DNA of 59,400 bases, counting the filler, from Basidiobolus ranarum (lineage: Eukaryota): assembly GCA_040143965.1 (NCBI GenBank). It is 8 parts of 8 records of this genome, joined end to end, with 100 filler letters (N's around TTAATTAATTAA, not from the genome) between each part and the next. Parts side by side here need not be neighbours in the genome. Positions count along the whole stretch, not along the records: positions 1 to 7,358 come from JASJQH010001132.1; positions 7,459 to 14,806 come from JASJQH010001133.1; 6 more parts are not named here. One strand, given 5' to 3'. The notes under the pieces are model-generated. The model saw only the letters and a list, made by a program, of their open reading frames with translations, was not told the origin of the DNA and searched no databases. The position numbers and the translations under genes are program-made. This document shows positions 1-12,220 of this stretch, piece by piece (the first letter of the stretch is position 1; each line of letters starts with the position of its first letter).

Positions 1-610
1 AAGCGAAGTTACTCTGTTGCCAGCAGTCAATACGTAACCAAGAATGTGGCCCATATATGTATGGGGGTAGTTGAGGACTTAGGAACTGAAAACTAGGTTT
101 ACAACCGCCTCTGTTCTAGTTTCCTAGCCAGGTCAGCGCCTTGTACGACCGTTCATGCGAGTGCCACTCTAGCCAAAGCAGTATTCAATTTACCAGAAGT
201 ACCGGTTCCTGCGATCATGGACTGTGTAGGCACCAGGATAGCTCCGTTCGCGGATTCCTCGAAAGGTGTCAATACAAAGGGTTCAAGTCTATCAAAAATG
301 GGGGCAAATCTATTACCCATTTGTTCTTTGCATACCGCTCTCCTTAACATCATTATTTTTATCAAGAGGAGCTTGAAGGATTTGTTAACAATGGAACACT
401 TAATGGATTACATCTCACCCTCGTATTGGCAATACCAGAAAGTATATGCAACATGAGCTGCTTCGTACATGCGATCTTTTGAACAATCAAAAAAGAGCAT
501 TCTACGTTTGCGGGTTAGCTTCGAGAATGGTTAAGGATGTTGGATGGACTGCAAATACAATGAGATGTATGAGGCTAGACTTCGATTCAAAATGTTCAAG
601 GAATCTAAAT
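1..610 (+). pseudogene. Decayed diflavin reductase FAD/NADPH-binding region (CYP102/CYP505- or CPR-type), 5' truncated
   Basis: Motifs occur in the expected order across shifting frames: KRSYSVASS, LCSSFL, FNLPEVPVPAIMDCVGTRIAPF, VRGFLER, LFFAYRSP*HHYFYQEELE, QHELL, AFYVCGLASRMVKDV. Frameshifts and stops present. Confidence 0.75.
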
Positions 611-1228
611 CACAATTCATCTTCTTATCAGCAACTAACCTATTGTCTGATAAAGTGTTGCGGTGAATGTAGTAAATGTTGTTGCGTATCCTTAACTAAC
701 CTATTAAAGAAAACTTAATAAATGATCTCGGTTCAGACTGTCTATTGTGCACCATATCTGGTCTAATCGACAATCTTGAATAATATGTTTCAGATATATC
801 TACGTCTCGATCTTAAATAATGTGTTTTAGATGAGTGGTTATTTGATAGCTACTGCTATTCAGATACGTAATTCGATCATGTTCTGCTGAGTTAACCATT
901 TAGGAAAGAACTTATCAAGCTTTCTTATATCTGTATTCTTCAGATATCCCTTTGATTTAAGTATTAATAAGTAAAATTTCAAACCAAAAGGTATGCTGAT
1001 TTGGTGGAGATTACATTAAATGCATTATTACCGTCTCAGTGTGCCATTATAATAAACGGAAGACCTGTATTGCCAGTATTAGGAAGTAGTATATTTTCTC
1101 AAGTCTCAACATCAACAGTGTATATTTAAAGGAGCGTTTTTAATTGTGTTTCAACTTGATATTTTCTGTATGAATGAATAATAAAAGCCCATGCCTTTCT
1201 TTTACATCTCTTCTAATTCGCTTCAAGC

Positions 1229-1513
1229 CTAATTATCGCGTACGCATATTCCACTTCCACCGGGAAGTCCTGGATGATCGGGCTTACAATCGAATCCTTG
1301 AGGACAGTTGATGCGAGCGCTTGGGTTACACCTCTGAGTCTTATTGCGGACACATATTCCGCTCCCACCAGGGCGTCCTGGGCTATCTGGCTCACAGTCG
1401 AATCCTTGTGGACAATTGATCCGAGCACTTGGATTACACCGTTGCTGAGTGGCTGCACAAGACCAAATGGCAAGCATCATGAGGAGAAACGGTAGCTCGA
1501 TTTTTAGAAGCAT
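1229..1513 (-). CDS. Small secreted cysteine-rich protein (94 aa) with two ~36-aa repeats
   Basis: Hydrophobic signal-peptide-like N-terminus, then two near-identical C-x7-C-x5-C-x13-C units (QRCNPSARINCPQGFDC.PD.PG.PGGSGICVR). Intact ATG to TAG. Confidence 0.8.
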   Translation of the reverse strand: MLLKIELPFLLMMLAIWSCAATQQRCNPSARINCPQGFDCEPDSPGRPGGSGICVRNKTQRCNPSARINCPQGFDCKPDHPGLPGGSGICVRDN

Positions 1514-2266
1514 TTCGTTATTGTTGGAGATTAGTTAGAACAAGGCCTTCCTTTTATGATGCGTACACCGCATATTTGATCGATCATTATGGCGTAATCA
1601 CATGGTGAATCTGACTGTTCCCACCAAGTATTGATTGGCCTTGGAATATTGGATCATGGTAGGCCATCAAAATGATGCGTCAACTAGAACATTTCAAATG
1701 ATGCTGAGATACATATCGAGTGGCGAAAGTAGCTTGTAATTAGCTTAGCTATTGATCATCTCCACAATAGCATCCGCCTAGTCTATTGTTATTCATTAAT
1801 TGGCTTTCATGCTGGTGGAACAGGGTCAACTCTACTAAATCTATTCCTAATACGAAATTTGTGTAAAAGTAAATAACTAACAGCGTACAACACCAATAAT
1901 TGCGAATGCATGTATATAAGAGTTATTTATATGGAGCAATCAGAGAATTTCTCACATGCAGATTGACCTAGTGACAATTGAATATTCCCATAACTAATGT
2001 TAGACTTGTTTTATTTGACCAAGCCGAAATATGGGGCATAACCTGGGGATCTAATTCCGTATGATTTACCTTCCCAATTATTGTGCTAAATTATTGGGCC
2101 ATGAAAAGTCAGTATGATCTAGCACTCTACTACTTATGCCAGGCTGCTCTCTTGGTAAGAGTGTATAATCGTAACAATTTGATTGGTCAAAGGGGGCAAA
2201 AGTCATTCCTGTAAGAGTGCGCTTTTCCTCTTGGTTAGGGTTAGGAGTCTCATGATATTTATGTCA

Positions 2267-3130
2267 ACTGAGACTCACAATATGGACAAGTCTACATAAA
2301 CACTCAATACACATATGCTTACCGAGACTCGTGATCCACACAGTTCTAGCAAGACTCTCAACTTTAACAATTCTACCAAGACTCTGGATACTCACAAGTT
2401 GACTGAAATTCATGATGATCTATTATCTTGACACTTGCTAGCTATCTTCACTATGAAAAAGAACACATAAAACTAAATGAACCATTTAGTTTAGTGTGTG
2501 TCTCAAAGAATACTAGTTACTCACTACCTGCACAGTGTGTCTGAACAAATTCAATATTACCTTTTCATTTCTATCAAAGCCTAATATATCTAGCACCTGA
2601 AGAACACCAAGCCTAGCTGCCTAGCAAACTAACTCTCTACCATAATGTAGCAAGTCACTGCTATTTTGCAGACACATATAAGTCAGATTAGCTCAGCTAA
2701 TATCTCCAAGATTTCACACTTGACTGTTTCTTTGATTCAATCAAATTCAACTCTTTTTATCACATTCTCTTTGACCCAGCAGTGAGCGATCAGTTTGTGA
2801 TCAAGGGCAGTTATATCTGAGGACTTTGATGACTTGTTTAACAAACTTGGTAGGATTGTAATATTTAATGATTTTGAGAATTCCAAAGAGGTATGATAAC
2901 TTCAATAAGTAGTGTTGGCATTCTCTGCAAGACTGTGTGAAACGAAGGCAGTCAGATTTGATATTGGGATAGTGCTAACCATCAGAGAATGACATCCTCA
3001 TTAGTGTATAAGCTCTAAGGTTTCCTGATAGGTGGTGTGGCTGAATGAAATTCTTCCTTTCATCTTGAGATGACCAAATTCTGGAATTTATCCCAGGGAT
3101 TCAGGATAGCCCATGTGAGGCATTGCTAAG
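2267..3130. mobile_element. Ty3/gypsy retrotransposon relics: gag zinc-knuckle-like piece (+) and integrase HHCC piece (-)
   Basis: + strand ~2587-2680 reads LAPEEHQA*LPSKLTLYHNVASH. - strand ~3075-2900 reads ERKNFIQPHHLSGNL...DG*HYPNIKSDCLRFTQSCRECQHY. Strong CpG depletion. Confidence 0.55.
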
Positions 3131-3822
3131 TATTCGAGTGCCCCACATTCCGCCTTTTAATGCCACCTGACTCGCCTCGGGAGCAGAAAAAGGATGCGCA
3201 TCGCGATGACCTGCATGACAAGCGTACTCTTCCTAGCTGTTAGCGAGGGGTACTGACTGCCCAGTCGTTATCGCCTTTAGTTTTCCGAAGCTTCAATGTT
3301 TGATTTGTATGATAACCGCAAAGCCAGTATTTGTGGTCGAAGATCGTTTATAGGGCTTGTGATCTTTTGAAAAGATTTTTCTTTTCAAGGTTTCCACAAT
3401 TCTGAAGAATTATTGAGAGTAGCATACAAACCTGATGGCTAACAAATTGGCCAAGTACAGCCCTAAGAAATATGCTACCGTTCACACCGCTTCCACTCAA
3501 CTAATCACTCATGCATACCAACCCTAACTTCTTTCTTAATGAGTTTGTCTTGAAGTACAGTTAAACTTGGTGGAAGTCTCTTCAATTTTGACAAGCTCTC
3601 AAAACAAAACAATGGCATGGATTGAACTAGATAACCATTATGAAGTTTGTTGAGGGTTTTATGCAGGTTGGACAGCTCTTAAGCTATTTTTTGCAATTAG
3701 TTCCCTTTTACAAGGTCAATTTTCTCGATATATAAGATGTCGACGTAATAAGTGCTTTTCAAAGTAGTTGCTACAACAATGATAGTATATTGAAGTGGGA
3801 AATATTGAGATACTACTGCTAT

Positions 3823-6136
3823 TTAAAGCTTACTTCGGCTAAAATATCCAGCTTCAGATCCTCCTTCAACTTGTGTCGATTCTTCTAACATCAACTTACT
3901 AGAAGGAGGCACATCTACAGCCGGATTTTCCACAAAGAAATTGCAAGGCTTCATTGTAAACCCACAATATTCAACGGGCATGATTGGGAAATCTTCTGCT
4001 CTAACCACATGTGTCAAGCCGAAATTGTACCACAGTACAATGTCCTCCTGCTCAATATTCTTTTCTTCCTGTGCCCATTTGTACAACGTGTCTTCTCCAC
4101 TTGATTGATTCACATAAAATCCAGCAGGATACAACTGATCTTCCCTGAATGGCGTCACCCACAAAGATTTGTATGCGTACGGGGCACGTTGTCCCACTAT
4201 CGAATCCGGTTGAGCAAACATCGGAAGCAAACTTTTATTGGTAATCTTCCACCCAACAGGTCGCTTTGTGGACGGGTGCAAGCAGTCTTGGTTGATAATC
4301 TTCCAGAACTTTCCGGTGTTGTAGTCAGGGTTTTCTTGCCCTTCGTGGGTTGTTTTCAGGATGATTTCGTCAACCGTGAAGGCGTTGCCCCATGGGTTTT
4401 TAGGATGACCGGTAGGGTATGGGTACGGTTTGACTTCTACTTTGCTGACTGAGTTGAGTAGACCATCAATCATTGGGTCGATGCGGGCAGTAAAAAAGTG
4501 TTGATGATGTTGACCGTTGACCTGAGGCGCAACCGTTTCACCAAATTTCTCGGGTGTTTCGTCTATTGCAAGGACTGATGTGTTAATAATACCTGTGGCC
4601 TTGACTTCGCATTCAAATGTACCATCTTGGTAGAAGTAATAGTAGACACCATAATCATAATTAGCGACTATGGATGTAAAAGCACAATTTAGTACAGATC
4701 AGTTAGCATTGTGCATGCGCTGCTTTGATATCACCTGTAGCAATGTGTGAAATGACCAAACGACGAGAACGAACAGAATCTGAGCGACTGGTTCTCCTGT
4801 CCGAGTGCTTCCACAATAGTCCATAATCTTCTTCATGAATGCAGATGGCGTTGGAAACAGTGTAGGCTTTTCCATTATCATCACTGAAGACTGCGTCCAG
4901 ATAAAAAATACTTCCAAGACAATCACATCCTAAATCTAATAGAATACTAGCCATTAGGTCGTCATTTGGATCGCAAAAGCTCGTATTTTCAGTATATAGA
5001 GACTTACTCAAAGAATTGGTGGAATATCCAAGCCCATACTCACCAACATCAAAAGCTTGCTTGCGATTGAATGGGCTTTCAGGATCAGCGTAAGGAACCA
5101 CCATTTCAGAAATACCCAGCCGATAGAACAAAGGTCTTTTTTCTTTTCCGTCTTGGTAACTCACGTTGCGAATAACAAGCCCTTCCCGATACGTCATGGA
5201 TACATGCATGCTCCATTTTTGCCAATCAATTTGGGACCCATTCTTCACCGTGAATGAAACCCCGTGCGGTTGTTGAATAATTATCGGCTTGACGTCCTTT
5301 CGAAGATTGGTTTGACCAAAAACTTCAGGAACAAAGTTGCGGCTTTCAAATGGGATGGTGGCACGTTCGTATTTGCTGCTTTTAGGTTTTATATAATCGA
5401 TGTCGATGACTTTTCTCTCGCCAAGATCTGTAATATATATCAATTATTGCGTACATGTTCGTTAGTATGAAGCAGTGCAACTCAACACAAAATACAACAG
5501 CAACAGGAGTACATAAACTTTACCAACAACAGGGGTGAAATTCAATGGATGAGCATAGGGATTGTCGAGCATACTTGTTTTTCCGTACAAGATACCCTGC
5601 AATACTCGCTTACCAGGCCTCTTTGTATTCTTACCAATAGACCATGTGTCCACAACTACATGCGACATGTCTTTGAATCCTGCCTTTAGGCATTCTCTAA
5701 TTACCTTCTCGTCTTCCAAGATGATCTTTTCAAGCAATATCTGCTCGTCGGGTGTGATTGTAGGTTGCATGTGAGGAACATGCTCAAACTTTGTAATGGC
5801 TCTTCTGTCAAGCGAGACGATGCATTCAAAGCATTCCATACTTTTTCTTTCAAGAAGGACAATGAGTGCTTCACGCTCGATATGAGTAGTGATAGGCTCG
5901 CAGGTGGTTGACCAACCAAGATAGGACATCATGAGCTTCTTGTTGGGTTCTCGAATGGTGACAATTTTGAAGATAAAGTGTTTATCTTTCTTTTCATCAC
6001 GGACAATTTGACAGGCTTGGTTGATCTCGTCAGCAGAGAGCTGGTCAAATGGATGTGGGAGCTGACGGCCGATATCAGAGCCATTTGTAGAAGCAGGAGG
6101 TTTTGCCAAACTTTTTTTTAATCCTTGTATCATCAC
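3823..6136 (-). CDS. Copper amine oxidase (~690 aa, 4 exons)
   Basis: Exons 6136-5524, 5427-5008, 4935-4735, 4667-3823 with GT-AG introns. TPQ motif TVANYDY, copper ligands in HHQHFF and THVVRAEDFPIMPVE, plus AFDVGEYG and LGCDCLG. Confidence 0.95.
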
Positions 6137-6789
6137 CAGATATTGAGATGTTATAAAGCAATCAATAATGGTCTCTGCTGTTTGTGCATATATATACTGC
6201 TTGCTAGTGTATCATTATGCGTCAAATGAAACCGCTAGTATGATGAAGCTGAAACAGCTATTACAAGTATACAAGAGGAGCAAATAAATTCAGGGGAAAG
6301 TGGCATCATAATCAGTAAAATGTTATAAAAGCCTGGATGATGCCAACTTACTATATAAAGCATTGCCGCTACATACTAATAGCAATAATATCGCAATACT
6401 GGAAGCATTACTTGGCTATAATAACACAATGCTATTGATTTGGGCGATTCAGATAGCCATGGTTAATTGATATATTGCTTGATAACGTCACGAGACTACA
6501 CTCCTCCAGTTTTTGGCTTTACTGTGTCACACTTAAGTAATATAATGGTGTTCTTGTTGGGCAACTTTAATACTTATGGTCAGAAAGAGGAAGAAAAGTA
6601 CTAAGTGGTGAACTTTATTAAGTTAATATATTAGGCTAAGCCAATAGTCAGGGGTGACAAAAAGCACCAGATGGTGTGAACCTCATATAGCTTGTAACCA
6701 ATTTGAATAATGTGACAGGATAATAATCTCCATATATATTATGATAATATGGCATCATATGCATCCCTAACATTATCACCAACTCATTC

Positions 6790-7358
6790 ATATATATATG
6801 CTAATCTGATTAACAATGTAACAGTAAAATCAGTGATCAATATAATGCAAAGGGTTAAGGAGACTCCAGACTATATTAACCTTCCAACACAGGGCTCTTT
6901 TCAATGTGCTCATGGGTTTTTGCATTGTTTGAGCATAAAAACAGCAACAAAGCCCAATCCATGGACATGGAGCAAGTATCCCTATAACTTGAACTGTTTT
7001 GTTCTTGTGATAATCTGATGGCTTTTCTAGGAAAGCTGCAAGACAGACTTCTTGGTGAGATAGATCAAGATATGCAATATAATTGTTTTAGCCTAGATAT
7101 AATCTATTCAAGTAGTGACACTTTTACTTATGGCAGGACATTTGTTGACTTCAAGTCATGGATATTTTGGCTATATTTTTTATAGAAATTTGCCAAAGTC
7201 CAAGAGCTCATTGTCATTATCAATGGTAACAGGAGTCAGCTATTTGCAAAGTGTCAGTGTTATTCTAAATTTCAGATGTTCAGCAGTTTTTCCACCATTA
7301 GTTTGCTGGCAAAGCATATTGATGTTGTTGAGTTATGTCTGATGAGTCAAGTATATAT
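6790..7358 (+). mobile_element. CACTA/EnSpm transposase C-terminal relic
   Basis: Clear DNA similarity to 53490-53970 (+) and ~58095-58650 (-). YANLINNV...INLPTQGSFQCAHG continues the CACTA transposase frame of the 58-59 kb copy. Cut by a linker. Confidence 0.75.
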
Positions 7359-7458
7359 NNNNNNNNNNNNNNNNNNNNNNNNNNNNNNNNNNNNNNNNNN
7401 NNTTAATTAATTAANNNNNNNNNNNNNNNNNNNNNNNNNNNNNNNNNNNNNNNNNNNN
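7359..7458. other. Artificial contig linker
   Basis: N44-TTAATTAATTAA-N44, which places stops in all six frames. Confidence 0.99.
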
Positions 7459-8617
7459 ACGTTAGTTTGTTTACATCTTGACAAAACTATAAATGTCAAC
7501 TCAATAAGTGAAAACCACCAATTTCTCTAATTCTCCAAACCACTTCCAGCAGGCTCCCAAATACTTTAACAGTAACCTGCATCTGTTCTGTAAAAAATAT
7601 TGTTTCTCAAGCTCACAAGGTGACTTGCCTTCGAATTACTATTAAGACACCAGATGGTCCAACCAATTGCCAATATTTTTGAATTAAGTTTATGCAGTGA
7701 GCATTACTTTGGTATAAAAATAGTTCCGTGCTTCAGTGTTGAATTGTATCAATTAGAGCAGTCTCAATGCCATTGTATGTACGGAAAATATGAAAACCTG
7801 TACAAAGTCTACTTCTTTTGTTGACACTCTTCTAGGAGTAATGCAACTATATATGTCGGTGTACAACAAAGAATCTCAATAGAATGGATATTATTCACAC
7901 CTAGCATGAATATGGTGGAGAACACTATCCTCTTTACAGACTTGAGTATAAAAGGTTACTAACTGCGGCGTTAGCTGATATGTCACACATTCTAAGTCAA
8001 CTAAGTGAGGTATTCAATAGATTCGCGAAAATATCTAAACGTTTATTTCAACTCCTCAGATTGACATCACATCTATGGCATCCTGTTACGTTCTGGTAAA
8101 TATATATATTGCGTTAGATCTCTGATTGGATTTAATCTTTTTGAGCTCATATATATGTTAGTTTCTCATAACTCCATTATGATTTTCTCACCTGATTGGA
8201 CTCCATTAACCAATCATTCAGTTAGCTCGATGAGACTTTTCGTCATAGTAGAGTAAAATTACCTCGACTCTCCAATGCTGTTCTTAATTAACCAACATTT
8301 ACATCTTAATACGCATATTGGAATCAATCGGGATTGTTAATGTATCCGATGTATGAATACAATAATAAAATAGGGGAATGTTTTATGACAACTACGAACC
8401 TAGACCTTTCTACAAAATAAATTGACATGTCCTCTTTGAAGATCGTTTATTGTTTTCCACCTACGGTGAGAAAAGGGTGCAGGTATGTCAAGTAATAGAC
8501 AATACATTCATGTACATTAGCAGAGCACAAGCTATCTACTCTGATGTAAAATAAAACCTAGGGATACCACCATATTTATAGCACAAAAAGAAGGAATCAA
8601 TATGGAATAGATATCGA

Positions 8618-9587
8618 TTAACCAAAGAATGAGTAATAGTGTTTAGGTTTTGGCTCATGATTCTCATCATAAACCTGATCGAATTGAAGCACAAAGTAGA
8701 TTGTTTCACCATCTTTAGAGCGACATGTATACCGAATGGGATGTCCTTCTATGTATTTTTCCACATTAATGGATATTCCAAGCTTGGCGTCAAATGTATT
8801 AAAGTCCATATGAGGGGCAAAGAAGTCGAAAGCGTATACTTGATTTGTATCGTATATAAATTTACGACGAACATCAATATCAAAGAAGTGTTTACGACGC
8901 TTGGCAGCTGTCATTTCTTGACCGGTGATACTTGCGTTATGTTCCTCAAGTCTATATTCTCCTCCCCATTTCCATGGCCCTAAAGTTTTTTCCAAGGCAG
9001 GGTCCTTTCAAAAGAAATGAAATATTAGCTTCCGCACTTAATTGAGAATAATGGAGGCAAAACTTACATCTATGGGGTTGATATCCTTAGTAGGAGCAGG
9101 CCAACTAGTGAAAGCGTTGATGGCACATATATATGGGCTCATAATCCAAGGCTTATCAGTATCGTTATTTGTTTCCATAGCAGGGTCGATGTATTGCGCA
9201 GCTCTTAAGCCTAACCAGAAAACATCCGGAATAGGGATCTATAATCAATGGTAAGGTTATAGCTCAAAATCGGTGCAATAGAAGGTGATATAATGGGTAC
9301 TCTACCTTTCTATCGAAATCGGTTCCAAACCAGATATCTTCAGCAGTAACGTGTTTTTTAAACCTACCTTCGACGTGCATGGAGAAACGACGGTTGTGAT
9401 GGTTGAAGTAGTCACTGTTTTTAATTGGCTGTGAACCATCAGGTGTTATCCCTTCGAAGTCCTTAATACGAATAGCCACACGACCGATAAACTCCGGAGA
9501 GTCAACAATGAAGGGATGAAAGTCATCGTTCACTTTAATTACCTTCAGGTTGTCGTAGGCTGGGCCAACACTTACTTTGAGGACCAT
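8618..9587 (-). CDS. DUF1769 (UPF0590) family protein, 3 exons
   Basis: Exons 9587-9306, 9238-9068, 9004-8618. Motifs LKVSVGP, DSPEFIGRVAIRIKDF, WFGTDFD, YIDP, PWIMSP, RRKHF, PIRY. Confidence 0.85.
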
Positions 9588-10329
9588 GATGTATTAATGT
9601 AGAGAGATAAATTATTAGATAAAAAATACAACTGAATAGTGTCCAAAACTGCAGGATTTTATGGTCATTATATAGTCCACTGTTTTGTCTAGTCGTCAAC
9701 ATCGTGTTAGATGTCCAAATTTTCAGCCTCCAATGAGTTCAATATCCTTGTTGATTATATTCGAGATTTAAGGTCTTTTTCATCCAAAATATTACACTGC
9801 CAATAGTAGCAGCTAGAAATGCCATATTATTCCAATTTGGGAGCTTCACTAAGTCATGTGTATCGAGTTGACCAATGGAAGGGTAAGTTTAGCTCACCAC
9901 CATCGAAACATCCTTAATTCTTCTGGAAACACATGTAGCAAATTCCGTTTGCGTAATGACGAACTTACTGGTGGATAGCTAACCACGTAAATAATTATTC
10001 TTGGCATTCTAACAAACCCGATTCATCGGATTCACTCCTATCGGCACTATACGTACTGCATGATTGCTGGCTTAGAGAAGGAAACCCAAGTATGTTGAGA
10101 TTCATGTATACGTAAGTAAGCGAAGAGTATAATTGACGATATCCGTTCATTGAGCATCAGCAATGGCTCTCTTGGGTAAACTTCAACATCTGAATATCAA
10201 GTTACAATTACCAACTCATGCGTAAGGATCGTTTGCTAAAATGGGTAAACGCAATGTTCATCTACCCTGTTTGAGGAACTATATTGGGCTTTTGTTACTT
10301 TGGGTTATCCGTCCATAAAGGAAAGTTAT

Positions 10330-10790
10330 ACCTATTATGAAAATCTTGGCGGTATGATGATGACAGAAATGGATGCTTCGGATACGTCTTTCCATTGATA
10401 GACTAACCCTTTCTACTGAATAGTTCAACCTTATTGTCGTTAGTTAGAATTTGGATGTTACGAGTACGTAAAGAACATCAGAATTCTGTGCACTTACCCG
10501 AGTAAAGAGAAGATATACAATAAATAGATGACTCTAGAAGTCTTTTGAATATATTTTCCGTCCAAAGTTTTAAGCAGCATTGTTTGTTACTCTTAATTTG
10601 GAACTCATCGATAAGCGAAGGGAAAACTCGAATCCCAAATTGGACATCATCACCAATTTCGTCATCGATGCTAACAAATAAAACTTTGGATTGTCCTGCC
10701 AAGGATAAACACGCAGGCTTAATTGAACTTGTACCGGAATTTAGTGCGACAATAAAATATTACCAAAACATTGGCACCTCAGATTCCATA
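10330..10790 (-). pseudogene. Unidentified decayed coding fragment
   Basis: About 95-codon frame with one internal stop ending at a GTAAG donor (10497), followed by further protein-like sequence. Family not recognised. Confidence 0.25.
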
Positions 10791-12220
10791 TTTGACTAGT
10801 AGCAGATCTGCTTATGTTGGGAAATTGTGCTGGACATCATCAATTATTGAAATTTGATTTCACCAAGAACAATTCAAAACGGCACTGTGAAGATAACAAG
10901 TATAAAACGACTATACACTATAGAGGCGGGTAGTGCAGGCACATAGACCACGTTTTGCTAGATGAATTAAACAAATATTAGTTAAGACAGCAGCATCGAG
11001 TGCTTATAAGATTAGCAGATGTAAGGAAGAGTAGAGCAACAAGCTAACAGAGTACTTTTTGTTCAAACACCAAACAGAAAACTTTGAAATTGCATAAACA
11101 TGTGGAATAAATTACGCTAGATTTTCTCAATAGGCCGAGTTATAAACATATAGAAGTATAATCTAAACCTAAGCTTTTATTCTGAACAAGTCCAACCAGC
11201 TCTAAGCTGATGAACACACACATCCTGTCAACTATGAAAAATATTCCAAAGGACGGATATATACCTCAATAGGTTAGAAAACCAAACCTCTGTAACTCGT
11301 ACTTACCAGAATTGGAGTCATTATGGCTAAAGCAAATACCTCACAACCATAATTACAATCTGACAAAATTGTCATATAGTTCAATCCCATAATCATTGCA
11401 AGCTGAAAATTGGTGAACAATATAAACTCTACAATCTATGAAATATAAACTCAAGATTGAACTTTACAAAACTTAATTATATACATTATGTCCATTACTT
11501 AAAGGATAAAGCTATTAACAAACTTGTTACACAGGAGAGATTGAATTCATGAATTCGTAAGATCCACTGCGGAGTTGCCATAAATCATTGGAAACCCCTA
11601 AACAAAGCTCTAAATCAACTTTTACTTTTAGTATATGTTGCGACGTCTTAAACTTATATCAACAAAGTACACCGAAGTATTGGAAATCTCTGCTTAGTTT
11701 ACTAAAGATTTGCATTTTATCAATGGTAGACTAGCTACCATTCATTCATACGAAATATATATACAATTTGATATTTTGATGGATAAAATTCAACATAGAC
11801 ACTAATTGAAAGGAGAGGGTTAAAAATATACCAACAATTGACCTGCTTTGAATAAGCAATTGCGGACTAATCGTAACTCCAAAAATGAGTGTGTATGTAT
11901 ATTTTGTAGGGGATATAGCATTACGACAGAAGCATAGTGAGATGAGAATACAAAATGGAGTGAAGAAGATGAGGTGTTTGAACAAGGCGGAGTATCAAAA
12001 GTGTAATCAGGTCGAGAGGTACGCGAGCAGGCAAATGGAATTTAACAAATGGAGCAAAAATATTGGTTGTTAAGTGGAACAAAAATTCGCTGGTGAAAAA
12101 ATTACGCCCTGGGCCATGAGAGTTTCACTACACAAGCTACCGGATCCTAATTAAAGATCAGATATTATCAGTGCCACAAGACTACGCATGTGAAATGCTC
12201 GTGGTAGAGTATCGTTGCAC

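Noticed and set aside
290-350. SITHLFFAY as a LINE reverse-transcriptase motif (ISHLxFADD)
   Set aside because: The catalytic DD is absent, and the flanking motifs fit a diflavin reductase in correct order.
7403-7414. TTAATTAATTAA as a biological motif (homeobox site or piggyBac target)
   Set aside because: It is centred in identical N-padded linkers seven times, so it is synthetic. The ORFs ending in X...LIN are artefacts of it.
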